The translations under genes and the position numbers were made by a program. The notes under the pieces were generated by a model. The model did no database searches, was not told where the DNA came from, and worked only from the letters and a program-made list of their open reading frames with translations. From NCBI GenBank assembly GCA_964482235.1, contig CAYZWU010000007.1, forward strand, positions 3,053 to 67,052: a stretch of 64,000 bases of DNA, given 5' to 3'. How positions within the stretch are numbered: the stretch's first letter is position 1; each line of letters starts with the position of its first letter. Shown piece after piece: positions 28,718-38,818 of this stretch. The stretch is from an uncultured Phycisphaerales bacterium. Lineage in GTDB: Bacteria; Planctomycetota; B15-G4; CAYZWU01.

Positions 28718-30766
28718 CTACCTGCCGCCGGGCAGCGAGCACCTCGCTGTATCATCCTCGAGGCCGATCTTCTCGAGCGGGATGGGCTCGAAGCCGATCT
28801 TCCAGGCCGGCGAATCGCCCCTGAGCCGGAAGTCCAGAACAGCCTCGTCGAAAAAAAGCGGATCCTGATCAACGAGGTTGTCCTCGAACCGGACGAGAGG
28901 CCTGGCCGCCTTTTCGATGTCGAGCCACCTGCCGCGGACGCTGATGTTCCGCTCGACCACGTTTCCCATGGGTGCGCCGGGCCGGTCGTTCAGGAGGTTC
29001 AAGAGACGGGGATACCTTTTTTTCCAGAGAGGCGTCTCGAAGGGACTGGCCAGGAGCCTCTCCTTCATCACGCCGTCGATGTGATACTTCATCCATCCGA
29101 GTCCGCGTGCGTCGACGTGGACCGAGGGCAGACATTCGACGAAGATGTTGTTGACGACCCTGTTGTCGCGCCCGCCGCCGATGAACGCGGCGCGACCGGC
29201 CCGGTAGAAGAGGTTGCCCGATATCTCGATACCGCTCGCCGCATCGTCGAGGTAGACGGCCATGGCGCCGTGCAGGCCGGGCCCGGAGATGTGGTGAAAG
29301 TAGTTGTGTCGGATGACCGTCCCGCGCATCGTCCAGTCGCGGCCCATGTAGAAGGCGCCCACGTCACCCGTCTCGAAGCAGACATGGTGGATCTCGTTGA
29401 GCTCGATGATGTGCTCGTTCCCGCTGAGCTGGATCGCGTTGTGCGGGCCGTCGTGGATCAGGTTGTGGGCGATCCGGTTGCCCACGCCGCTGATCGCCAC
29501 GGCAGGCCGGTATGTCCGGTAGATCCGGCCGAAGTGGTGGATGTGGTTGTTCTCGGCAAAGTTCCCGGCCGGCGTCAAGGTCTCCCGGTCTCCTCCGCTC
29601 AGGCGGATGCCGCCTTCCGCTGTCCGGTAGATGTCGCAGCCGATCACGCCGTTCTCCCTGCCGCCGGCGATGTCGACGGCGTAGCTGCCCGTGTTGCGGA
29701 TCACGCATCCGGCGATGCGGTTCGCCCGGCCTCCGTGGACGGCAACGGCGGTGGAGCGGGTCGCCTCCAGGATGAGCCCGCGTATCGTGACGAATGACGT
29801 CTTCCTCATCGCGACCAGCATGGGAAGAACCGACAGGACGGCGCGTCCCTTCCCGCGGCCGGCGGGCGGCCTGAAGTAGAGGATCCTCTTGTCCCTGTCG
29901 CAGTACCACTCTCCCGGAGAATCGAGCTCCGAGAGAAGGTTCAGGGCATAGTATCGCTGTCCTTTCCTGTACCCGTAGTTGTGATAGGGAGTCTCGAGGG
30001 CCAGGATGCGCTTTTCCGCGTCGATCGACTTCACCTGCTGATAGGCATCGGACCAGTCCCAGAACCAGTAGCCGTGCAGCCAGATCTCCTTCTCGCCGAT
30101 CCACCGCTCCGCCCTTGCGCCGTCGAAGAAGAACCTGCCGATCTTGCTGCCCGCGATTCCATGGACCTTGTGGCCGTCCTTTTCCACCACATCGATGATG
30201 CGCACGAAGCCGCTTTCCGGCCACCGGGCGAGCGTCATCGCCTCGTCGTCGAAGAAGAGCTCCAGGCGCTTGTTGCGGGCCGTCGCTTCGCCAAGGTCCG
30301 TGATCCCGAGGCGGCCGAGGTCGGCCCGGAGCATTCCCTCGCGGCCGGGACCGGTGGCCGGCTCGAAGTTCGTCACCTCCCGTCCGCCCGTCAGGCGGAC
30401 CTCCTCGCCCGGACAGGCGGAGTAGACGATGGGCGACTCCAAGGTCCCCGAGTCGGCGAGAGAGAGCTCGAATACCCGGGACCGCTCGTAGGTGCCGCCC
30501 CGAAGCATCACAGCCACGCCTCCCATCGGCAGGCCGCCGTCTTGTTTCAGGCCGCGAATTTCATCGCGTGCCCGTTCCAGCGTGGCAAAGGGGCCGTCGT
30601 AGTTCCCGGGTGCGGGGGTTCTGCCGGACCAGCTGTCATTGCCGGCCGGCGAGACGTAGAGCTCGAGGACCTGGCTTTCCGCCTCCGGGCAGAGCCCGGG
30701 AAGAAAGGCCATGAGAAGAAGGATCGAGCGCAGCGGGAAACGTCGTATGTCTGCATGGGGGATCAT
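28718..30766 (-). CDS. secreted right-handed parallel beta-helix protein (pectin-lyase fold); lacks the shared C-terminal domain
   Basis: Signal peptide from MIPHADIRRFPLRSILLLMAF. Multiple beta-helix repeats (NRIAGCVIRNTG, NHIHHFG, NLIHDG...). 683 aa. Confidence 0.65.
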   Translation of the reverse strand: MIPHADIRRFPLRSILLLMAFLPGLCPEAESQVLELYVSPAGNDSWSGRTPAPGNYDGPFATLERARDEIRGLKQDGGLPMGGVAVMLRGGTYERSRVFELSLADSGTLESPIVYSACPGEEVRLTGGREVTNFEPATGPGREGMLRADLGRLGITDLGEATARNKRLELFFDDEAMTLARWPESGFVRIIDVVEKDGHKVHGIAGSKIGRFFFDGARAERWIGEKEIWLHGYWFWDWSDAYQQVKSIDAEKRILALETPYHNYGYRKGQRYYALNLLSELDSPGEWYCDRDKRILYFRPPAGRGKGRAVLSVLPMLVAMRKTSFVTIRGLILEATRSTAVAVHGGRANRIAGCVIRNTGSYAVDIAGGRENGVIGCDIYRTAEGGIRLSGGDRETLTPAGNFAENNHIHHFGRIYRTYRPAVAISGVGNRIAHNLIHDGPHNAIQLSGNEHIIELNEIHHVCFETGDVGAFYMGRDWTMRGTVIRHNYFHHISGPGLHGAMAVYLDDAASGIEISGNLFYRAGRAAFIGGGRDNRVVNNIFVECLPSVHVDARGLGWMKYHIDGVMKERLLASPFETPLWKKRYPRLLNLLNDRPGAPMGNVVERNISVRGRWLDIEKAARPLVRFEDNLVDQDPLFFDEAVLDFRLRGDSPAWKIGFEPIPLEKIGLEDDTARCSLPGGR

Positions 30767-30780
30767 CGGTTCAGTGTATC

Positions 30781-33144
30781 CTATTCCACCTTCCACTCCA
30801 GGACGCCGCCGGAGTAACCGGTCTTCAGCTTCACCTCGATACGGACGGCCGCGGTGCTCACGGTCGCGAATTCCACGCGGTTGAATCGATCGAGCTCCAC
30901 GCCGAATGCCGAGGAGGTCTTGACCGGCTTCCACTGGCCATTCTCCTCGTAGAGGAGCCGCCATGATTCGGGAACGCGGCACTGCCCCCGGCCGGTGTCA
31001 TCGAACCAGTAGACCTCCATTGCGGAGACCTTTCGGGGCGTGTCGAAGTCGTACTGCACCCATTCCTCGGTTCCGCGATGATCCCACCAGGTGAAGCGCG
31101 GCAGCCCGTGGTCGCCGGAGCTCTTCGGCTCGATCTCGTCGTTCATCGCGTCGGCGGCGTCGCTCGCGTGGCAGTGCGAGGCGGAGGCCGTCATCAGCTC
31201 GGCCGGCGACAACGGTGTGGACGGCCCCAGCGCTCTGGGGTCGAGGGATCGGTAGAGAATGCCGTTCCATGCCGGGTCGTCGGCGTCCGGCGATCTCGAT
31301 TTCCCGTCCTGCCTCACCCAGACGGCCATGGGGCCCGGCTCCCTGTGGTCCCAGGCATGGTACGGCACGGCCTGACAGGTGCGCCCTTTGACGTCGCGGC
31401 ACCGGATCACGGTGATCCCGCCGAGAAGATCGGGTTTGTGCAGCACCGAAAATCCAGGTTCCCTGGCCAGGCGGATACGGCGGATGGAGCTGCCGTTGTC
31501 GGCGCCTTCGAAGCAGTAGACGAGCGGTCCCCGCTGCAGGGCGACCCGCCCGGCGTTGGCCTCCACCGACCGGTGGGCTTCGATCCTCTCCACCGGCATG
31601 GGCATGTTGAGCTCGATGCGGTCACCGCTCTGCCAGGTGCGATGAAGCCGGGCATAACCCGATCGTATTTCCGGGAGGCGGATCGGCAGGTCGTTCAGAA
31701 GGATCCGTGCTCCCCGGCACCAACCCGGGATCCGCAGGTTCATGTCGAAGGCTGCCGGCTTCTCCAGCTCGAGCTTCAGCTGGACATGGCCGTCCCAGGG
31801 ATAACGCGTTCTCTGAACGATGGTGACGGCCGCCTCGTCAAGTTGAATCGTGGCCTTGCCGGCCACGTAGAGGTTCACATGGATCCCTTCCGGTCCCAGC
31901 GCATAGACGTATCCCGGCAGCGACGGCACGAAGCGGACGACGTTGCTCGGGCAGCAGGCGCAGGGGTAGAAGGGCTGCCTGTGATGGCCGCCTCCCGAGG
32001 CCAGCGGATTGACGTAGAAGAAGCTCGTTCCGTCGCGCCCGATACCGGAGAGGATCCCGTTGTAGATCACACGCTCGAGCACGTCGGCGTAGCGGGCGTC
32101 GCCGTGCATCAGGTTGAGGCGGTGGGCGAAGAGGGCAAGGCCGATGGCGGCGCACGTCTCCGCGTAGGCCGACTGGTTCGGAAGCTCGTAGGCGGCGCCG
32201 AAGGCCTCGCCGCTGTGCCGCGCGCCGATGCCGCCGGTGATGTACATCTTTTTTTCGACGACGTCCTTCCAGATCCTCTCCATCGCATCGATCCACGGTC
32301 TGTGCCCCGTGTAGGCCGCCACGTCGGCAACGCCGGCGTAGAGGTACATGGCTCGGACGGCATGGCCGACGATCTCGCTCTGGTCGGCGATCAGCGCGTG
32401 ATCCTGGCAGTAGGCGCCGAAGAGAGGGCGTTTCTCCTTGTTGCCTCGGCTTTCCAGGAAGAACTGCGAGAGCTTCATGTACCTGCTGTCGCCCGTGACC
32501 TGGTAGAGCTTCACCAGGGCGAGCTCGATCTCCTCGTGGCCGGGCACGCCCTGGCGCTTTCCGGGCCCGAAGAGAGCGTCGATGCGGTCGGCGAACCGGA
32601 TCGCCACGTCGAGAAGCGTTCGTTTTCCCGTGGCGCGGAAGTGTGCCACCGCCCCCTCGATCAGGTGTCCGGCACAGTAGAGCTCGTGCTTGATCCGCAG
32701 GTCGGACCACCTCTTGTCCGGTTCGGCCAGGGTGTAGAAGGTATTGAGGTACCCGTTCTCCTCCTGGGCGGCGGCGATCCACGCTACCACCTCGTCAACG
32801 GCGGCTTCAAGCACCGGATCGGGCAAATCGGCAAGGGCATAGGACGCCCCCTCGAGCACCTTGTAGACGTCGGAATCGTTGAAGTAGATCCCTTCGAATC
32901 GGCCATCCCGGTGGGCGGCCGATCTCACGAAGTTGCCGAAACGACCGGTCTGCCGGCACCACTTGAAGTTGTGGGGCAACGACTTCTCGCGGTTGATCTC
33001 GATGCGCGGCGCCCAGAATCCGTCCCGGATCTTCACCTCGGTGAACGGCACGCCCGTGAGCTTGCGATGCTCCGGTCCATCCTCACGGCCTGCGGCCGTT
33101 GCAGAACAAAGAAGCGCGAGCGCGATTATGATGATCTGTTTCAT
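30781..33144 (-). CDS. glycoside hydrolase family 127 (beta-L-arabinofuranosidase, DUF1680) with C-terminal discoidin/F5-8-type-C domain
   Basis: Signal peptide MKQIIIIALALLCSA. A GH127 core (about 600 aa, with ELYCAGHLIEG and CCPSN Cys-rich motifs) is followed by a discoidin-like domain (WVQYDFDTPRKVSAMEVYW). Confidence 0.85.
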   Translation of the reverse strand: MKQIIIIALALLCSATAAGREDGPEHRKLTGVPFTEVKIRDGFWAPRIEINREKSLPHNFKWCRQTGRFGNFVRSAAHRDGRFEGIYFNDSDVYKVLEGASYALADLPDPVLEAAVDEVVAWIAAAQEENGYLNTFYTLAEPDKRWSDLRIKHELYCAGHLIEGAVAHFRATGKRTLLDVAIRFADRIDALFGPGKRQGVPGHEEIELALVKLYQVTGDSRYMKLSQFFLESRGNKEKRPLFGAYCQDHALIADQSEIVGHAVRAMYLYAGVADVAAYTGHRPWIDAMERIWKDVVEKKMYITGGIGARHSGEAFGAAYELPNQSAYAETCAAIGLALFAHRLNLMHGDARYADVLERVIYNGILSGIGRDGTSFFYVNPLASGGGHHRQPFYPCACCPSNVVRFVPSLPGYVYALGPEGIHVNLYVAGKATIQLDEAAVTIVQRTRYPWDGHVQLKLELEKPAAFDMNLRIPGWCRGARILLNDLPIRLPEIRSGYARLHRTWQSGDRIELNMPMPVERIEAHRSVEANAGRVALQRGPLVYCFEGADNGSSIRRIRLAREPGFSVLHKPDLLGGITVIRCRDVKGRTCQAVPYHAWDHREPGPMAVWVRQDGKSRSPDADDPAWNGILYRSLDPRALGPSTPLSPAELMTASASHCHASDAADAMNDEIEPKSSGDHGLPRFTWWDHRGTEEWVQYDFDTPRKVSAMEVYWFDDTGRGQCRVPESWRLLYEENGQWKPVKTSSAFGVELDRFNRVEFATVSTAAVRIEVKLKTGYSGGVLEWKVE

Positions 33145-33264
33145 TATTTGTCCTGTTGTCAAAATATGGAAACATATATAAAATATGCATTGACCTTGGT
33201 GGATAGTATCCTAGTCTATCCTCGGTCAAGCGACAAGCCGTATGCCACCTGAGGGAAAACGGGA

Positions 33265-34853
33265 ATGATACGCATCGTCATCGTCGTCTTTGCATGGATG
33301 CTTCTTCTCTCCATGCCGCTCTCCTTTTCCCAGGAGACAAAGCCTCCCGAGGACGAGGGCCAGGAAACCGGGACGAGTCGTGTCCGGCAGGGAGAACAGC
33401 GGGTCCGCGAGCGGCTGCAATCCGCCGAGGGGAGGGAGAAGGTTTTTCTCCTCAACAAGCTCTCCAGCTACTATGCCGTCCGCGACCTCGGAGAGAGCCG
33501 CGAGTGTGCCAGGCAGGCGCTTCTCCTGGCCCGGGAGATCGGCTACCGGAAAGGCGAGATACTGGCTCTATCCAATCACGGCGTGATCCGCACCATCTCC
33601 GGGGATTACGACAGGGCCCTGGAGCATTTTCTCGACGCTTTGAGGATCGCCGAAGAGATCGAGCTGAAGGATATCAGCGGTTTCTACAACAATGTAGGGG
33701 GATGCCTGATCGAGCTCGGCGAGTTCGATGAAGCTCTCGAGTACTTCGAGAAGGGGCTTGCTGGGGCCAGGCCGGAGAACAAGGCCGTGAGAGCGCATGC
33801 TCTGGGCAACATGGGGGAGGTGGTCCGGAAGACAGGCGATCTCGATCGCGCCATCGAGCTGCTCGAGGAGGCGGAAGACCTCTACAAGGAGATCGAAAAC
33901 CTCCAGGAACTGGCCGGCGTCTATTACAGCATGGGAAACGTCTACCTCGACAGGGGCGAGAGCGAGCTGGCGATCGATTATTTCGAGAAATCAAAGATCG
34001 CGAGCCAGCGGACGCGTTACCTCGAGGGCATCATCTATTCCCTCTCGGGATTGAGCTCGGTCTACCTCGACGTCGGTGATCACACCGGGGCCCTGGCCTC
34101 GGCGATCGGAGCCCTCACCCATGCCAACGAGATGGGCAGCATCGTGCTGATGGCCATGCGCACAGGGATCTGGCCGCCGTCTATGAAGCGATGGGGGACT
34201 GGGAGAAGGCCTACGAGCATAAGATGATCTGGAACAAGATCCAGCTCGACCTCAACACCGAGGAGAGCCGGACGAAGATCGCCCATCTCAAGATCAAGTA
34301 TGAGGTCGAACAAAAGGAGAGCGAACTCCAGGATCAGTTGCGGGATCTCGCGCTGAAGGAAAAAGAGATCCAGCTGAACAAGGTCGACATCAAGCTGAAG
34401 GAGAATCAGCTCGAGCTGAAGGAGAAGCGGATCGCCCTCCTCAAGAGTGATAACGAGAACCAGACGATCGTGAGAAACTCCTTCATCGCCGGCTTCGTCG
34501 CGATCCTGATCATCTCCTACATCATCTACAACGGATACAGGCTGAAGAAGCGGGCGAACAGGGCGCTCGAGAATCAGAACGTGGAGATCCAATCCAAGAA
34601 CGAGGAGCTGTCGCATCTGAACAGCGAGCTGGAGACTGCTCTCAAGGAGGTGAAGCAGCTGTCCGGGCTTTTGCCGATCTGCTCTCACTGCAAGAAGATC
34701 TGCGACGAGGAAGGCTCCTGGAAACAGATGGAGGTCTACATCGACGAGCATTCGGAAGCCCGCTTCAGCCACGGCATCTGCCCCGAATGCATCGATATGA
34801 AGTTTCCCCACCTCAATGAGCAGGCCTCGTCGCCTCCTCCGACATCCGCCTGA
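33265..34853 (+). pseudogene. TPR-repeat membrane protein with coiled-coil and a C-terminal Cys/His-rich module; frameshifted near 34150-34165
   Basis: Two overlapping ORFs (33265..34227 and 34191..34853) appear to be one gene with a 1-nt indel. The frame switches between ...EMGSIVLMA and HRDLAAVYEAMGDWEKAYEH. Domain order: signal peptide, TPR repeats, coiled coil, TM segment, then LPICSHCKKICDEEGSWKQMEVYIDEHSEARFSHGICPEC. Confidence 0.6.
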
Positions 34854-34931
34854 TAATCAGAGGAAATCCTGATTACCCTCCGAACCGGCGCGGGATCCCG
34901 TCGTTAGTCACACTCCGAAAAGGAGGTCTTC

Positions 34932-35966
34932 ATGCTGCTCATCGCTTTTCTTGTCCCCTTTTTCCTGGTCCTCTCTCCGGGAGATTACGACAAGCCGAAG
35001 GAAGAGGTGGCCTGGGTCTACGAGCTGGTTCGATCGGATGACCCGTACCGTTCCGCGTGGGGAGCCTACTATGCCGGGAAATACGGCCTGAAGGGATGCG
35101 CCTCGGCCATCCGCAACAATCTGGAGAGGGCGAACGAGAGCGATTCCCGTTCGGCGCACCTGGCCAGGGCGGTGGCCATGGACGCTCTCATCCGCCTGGA
35201 GGATCATGTCCCGGCTCGACTCGTGACGGCCAGGTTCGACAAGACAAGCCTCGACGAAAGCATCCTTCTGCTGGCCACCGACGGCGAGGGGAACCTGGAG
35301 GCCCTCCATCAGCTTCTCGATCATCTGGACAGGGAGAAGCAGACCTGGTGGGTCGCGGCCGCTCTCCTGGCCGCCAGGGATTCACCGGACCTGGCCGAGA
35401 TCCTCTTCGAGGGGCTGACCCTGAGGTTGACCGTTGTGGTCCGCGATCCCGGCTCCGCGTCCTTCAATGATACTCTCCGGTTCGGCGGCAGTGCCTCGTC
35501 GAGGTCTGGTGGCCGCTATTGGCCTCCCTCCGCCAACTACAAGTTCTCCTTCGAATCGATCTCGGGATACACCGTCCTCCAGGTCAAGCCGATCCCGCTC
35601 TACTACAAGAGAACCGAAAGAAAATCGTTGGGCGAATCAACATTGAGTGTCTTTCCGCGGAGTCAGAGCCGGCATGCGGTCAAGTTCCTGCTCGCCATGA
35701 TCGACGGGCCTCGCGGCGATCTGCTCGACGACAGCGAGGATCTCCTCCACATCGACTGGGATGAGGAAGTGAACGTCCTGGAACAGATCGAACCCCGATA
35801 CCGCCGCCTCGTCGTGGGACACGATCTGCTGAAGAGAAGGCTCTGCGACAGCGGGCTTCTCTCTCTCGAGGCGGAACGGAACATCCAGCCGTGCATCGAG
35901 ATCGTCCTGAAGGACGAGCGGTTAACGAAGGAGCCGCCTCTTCCTGCCGTCACCGAGGTGAAGTGA
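34932..35966 (+). CDS. hypothetical exported/membrane-anchored protein
   Basis: 344 aa. N-terminal hydrophobic segment MLLIAFLVPFFLVL. No recognisable motifs. Confidence 0.45.
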   Translation: MLLIAFLVPFFLVLSPGDYDKPKEEVAWVYELVRSDDPYRSAWGAYYAGKYGLKGCASAIRNNLERANESDSRSAHLARAVAMDALIRLEDHVPARLVTARFDKTSLDESILLLATDGEGNLEALHQLLDHLDREKQTWWVAAALLAARDSPDLAEILFEGLTLRLTVVVRDPGSASFNDTLRFGGSASSRSGGRYWPPSANYKFSFESISGYTVLQVKPIPLYYKRTERKSLGESTLSVFPRSQSRHAVKFLLAMIDGPRGDLLDDSEDLLHIDWDEEVNVLEQIEPRYRRLVVGHDLLKRRLCDSGLLSLEAERNIQPCIEIVLKDERLTKEPPLPAVTEVK

Positions 35967-35999
35967 CGGGATCCCGCGGCCGGGCGCCCGTCGGCCGTG

Positions 36000-37019
36000 T
36001 CAATCGCCATACCCGAGAATGACGAGGCCGGCAGTGCCGGACCGGCTCAGGGTCACCAGGAAGATGTCGCTGTAATCTCCGCTGTTGATCACGATCTTCT
36101 CGTTCACGCCGAGAGCGGCAATCAAGGCGGGGACCGTGTTGGAATGGCCGCTGACCAGCACGGTTTCGCCCTCGTGGCGCGATTTCAACATTCTGGCCAG
36201 TTCATCGGTTTCGAGGGCGTCCGTCACGACAGGCTCGATCCCGGCCGTGGCGGCGGCCGTGGCCACCGTCTCCCGGGTGCGGCGGTATTCCGTCGCGTAG
36301 GCGGCGTTCAATCCCGCCCTCGAAAGCATGCGGCCGAGACGTGCCGCCCGCTTTCTTCCCTCGGCCGAGAGAGGGGGATCCGGATTGCCCGGCACGATCT
36401 CCTTCTCCGCATGGCGAACGATGAAGATCCGCGTGTCCGCCCGGGGGGCGGCATCGGTCTTTTCCTCCTCGATGCGGACTACCACCTCGTGCAGCAGGTC
36501 GTTGGGGATCGGGACGGTCAGGTTGTAGTGCGTGATCCTCCACTCCCCGTCGATCCTGCGGAGCACGCCGCTGCCGCGCCATTCGCCATATCCGGTGCTG
36601 TCCAGCTTCTCGTCGAACCAGGCGAACCCGCTCCTCGCCGGCACGACGATGTGACGCTCGCGGGGCTCGAAGGTCCAGGCCGGAGCCTCCTCGAAGTGCG
36701 GCGCGGCCCAGGCCCGGAACTCCTCCTTGGTCCAGCGCTCTTCGGCATCGGAACCGAGAAAGACCGCGTCGGCTGCCAGGAAGCCGAAGTACATCTCTTC
36801 GTCGCCTTCTGCGGCCGCCTCGTGAAAGCCGTCGATCACCCGGCCCACCTCGACCGCCTCCGTCTCTTCGGAGGTTGATCCGGTCCGGCTTGTCTCCTCT
36901 GCCGGCAGCTTTGCGGCAGCGCCGGGAGAAGAGTCCGTGTTCCATCCCCTTGCCGGCAGGGACAGGGCCAGGACCATTAGGAAGAACAGGAGGGAAAGAA
37001 GAGGAATGTGCTTGCTCAT
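36000..37019 (-). CDS. secreted fusion of an NTF2/SnoaL-like (DUF4440-like) domain and a histidine phosphatase (phosphoglycerate-mutase family)
   Basis: Signal peptide MSKHIPLLSLLFFLMVLALS. The NTF2-like segment carries IDGFHEAAAEGDEEMYFGFLAADAVFLG. The histidine phosphatase carries the RHG motif (IFIVRHAEKE) and GHSNT. Confidence 0.65.
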   Translation of the reverse strand: MSKHIPLLSLLFFLMVLALSLPARGWNTDSSPGAAAKLPAEETSRTGSTSEETEAVEVGRVIDGFHEAAAEGDEEMYFGFLAADAVFLGSDAEERWTKEEFRAWAAPHFEEAPAWTFEPRERHIVVPARSGFAWFDEKLDSTGYGEWRGSGVLRRIDGEWRITHYNLTVPIPNDLLHEVVVRIEEEKTDAAPRADTRIFIVRHAEKEIVPGNPDPPLSAEGRKRAARLGRMLSRAGLNAAYATEYRRTRETVATAAATAGIEPVVTDALETDELARMLKSRHEGETVLVSGHSNTVPALIAALGVNEKIVINSGDYSDIFLVTLSRSGTAGLVILGYGD

Positions 37020-37214
37020 CGCGGGGCTCCTCAAGCAGCGGCGCCGCAACGCCGGCGCCTGGAGAAAGGGAAGCAGCCAATATACGGCAGGGGGAGGCGC
37101 AAGGGCAAGGAGCTGCCATCGTCCATGGAGCAATGCCGCCTTCCGGAAATGATAAAAAGCGTGTAGAATAGCGATCCGCAAACCTGGGCACGGCCGCCTG
37201 AATCGAGGTGTCTC

Positions 37215-38723
37215 ATGAAAACGGTCATTATCTCCCTTCTTCTGTTCATCTGCCTTTCAAGCGAGGCTGCCGACGGTTTTGAAATCATCTACGTCCCTGA
37301 TCATTATGCCTCCATCCAGGAAGCGATCGATGCGGCCTACCCCGGCGATGTCGTCGTGGCGAGGCCGGACACCTATCACGAGAACATCGATTTTCACGGC
37401 AAGGCGATACGCGTTCGCAGCGAGATCGGCCCCCGCTTCACCGTGATCGAGGGGGACCGGACGGGACCGGTGGTCGCGTTTCGGAGCGGCGAGAAGCGGA
37501 CCTCAGTCATCGAGGGATTCACCATCAGGAACGGGACCAACGGAATCGAGTGCTTTCACGCGGCACCGGCCATCGAGGGAAACGTCATCACCGGCAACAC
37601 GACAACGCAGAGCGGCGGGGGGATCCTCTGCACCGGCGACTACTGGAACCTGTACAACATCCTGATCCGCGGCAACGAGATCACCGGCAATGCGGCAGAC
37701 CGGGGCGGCGGCATCTACATGGCCGACACCTTTGCCGGCGAGATCACGGAAAACAGCGTGAGCCATAATCAGGGAGGCGGTATCTATCTGCTGGAGTCCG
37801 GTTTCAGGATCGAGCGGAACTTGGTCAAGCACAACAGGGCGGATCCTACCTGGACCTACGTGGGCGGCGGCATCTCCTGCCAGATGGCTTCGCCCCTGAT
37901 CACGGGAAACGTGGTCGCCTGCAACATTGCCACCGGCATTTTCGGGCGGGGCGGCGGGATCCTCTGCTACTTCGAGGCCGACTGTCTGATCACGGGCAAC
38001 ACGATCGCGGACAACAGCGCCGAGTTCTACGGCGGAGGGATCTGCAACCTGGGATCGAGCGTCAAGGTCGCCGGCACGATCCTCTGGGGGAACAGCGCGC
38101 CCACGGGACCGGCAATCCACGCGGAGAGTAGTTTTTCTCCGCCCTTCATCGCCATGACCTGCTGCGATGTAGAGGGAGGGGTGAACGGCGTCTCGCTGGA
38201 GCCGGGCTCCCAGTTCCAGTGGCTGCCGGGCAACATCGCCCAGCCGCCCCTTTTCGTCGAACCAGGCCGGGAGGATTATCATCTGACCTGGCGCTCGCCG
38301 TGCCGGGACCGGAGCAGCGATGCCCTGCCCGGATTGGCCGATTGCGACATCGAGGGCGATCCGCGTCTTTCGGGCGAGATGCCCGACATCGGAGCCGATG
38401 AGTTCCACCTCCACCTCTACCACTGGGGCGACGTCGTGCCCGGCGGTTTCCTGGACATCCGCCTGGCGGGTAGGCCGGCTACGCGGCCCGTCCTGATCGC
38501 CCTCGGCTCAGGCCTGCTGGACGTGCCGTTCCCGACAGCTTGGGGCGTTTTCTTTCTCCGTCCTCCTCTCGAGATCTACAACGCCGGCGGCATCGGCTCC
38601 TACACCGGGATCCGAAGCATCACCGTCCCTGTCCCGGCGACGTGGAGTCCGGGCGACGTTCATCCGCTCCAGGCCCTGGCCGGCGGCGTCCTGACCAATG
38701 CGCATCTCCTCGAGGTGCAGTGA
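37215..38723 (+). CDS. secreted parallel beta-helix repeat protein with a conserved ~105-aa C-terminal domain
   Basis: Signal peptide MKTVIISLLLFICLSSEA. Repeated G/N-rich beta-helix rungs (NVITGNT, NEITGNAADRGGGIY, NSVSHNQGGGIY...). The C-terminal domain GDVVPGG...WSPGDVHPLQAL...LTN is shared with 27032..28579 and 43793..45070. Confidence 0.7.
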   Translation: MKTVIISLLLFICLSSEAADGFEIIYVPDHYASIQEAIDAAYPGDVVVARPDTYHENIDFHGKAIRVRSEIGPRFTVIEGDRTGPVVAFRSGEKRTSVIEGFTIRNGTNGIECFHAAPAIEGNVITGNTTTQSGGGILCTGDYWNLYNILIRGNEITGNAADRGGGIYMADTFAGEITENSVSHNQGGGIYLLESGFRIERNLVKHNRADPTWTYVGGGISCQMASPLITGNVVACNIATGIFGRGGGILCYFEADCLITGNTIADNSAEFYGGGICNLGSSVKVAGTILWGNSAPTGPAIHAESSFSPPFIAMTCCDVEGGVNGVSLEPGSQFQWLPGNIAQPPLFVEPGREDYHLTWRSPCRDRSSDALPGLADCDIEGDPRLSGEMPDIGADEFHLHLYHWGDVVPGGFLDIRLAGRPATRPVLIALGSGLLDVPFPTAWGVFFLRPPLEIYNAGGIGSYTGIRSITVPVPATWSPGDVHPLQALAGGVLTNAHLLEVQ

Positions 38724-38818
38724 GACAGGCTTCTCCGCGGCGGCTCTTGCCATTCAACCCCTTTTGATTCAGAATTCGGAAGGCACCATGTTCGGCAAGA
38801 AGGGGCCTGGATCGATCT

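Noticed and set aside
33185-33225. Sigma-70-like promoter (TTGACC-16-TAGTCT) for the TPR gene in the AT-rich divergent region
   Set aside because: The -10 match is weak, and the promoter consensus for this lineage is unknown. I left it uncalled.
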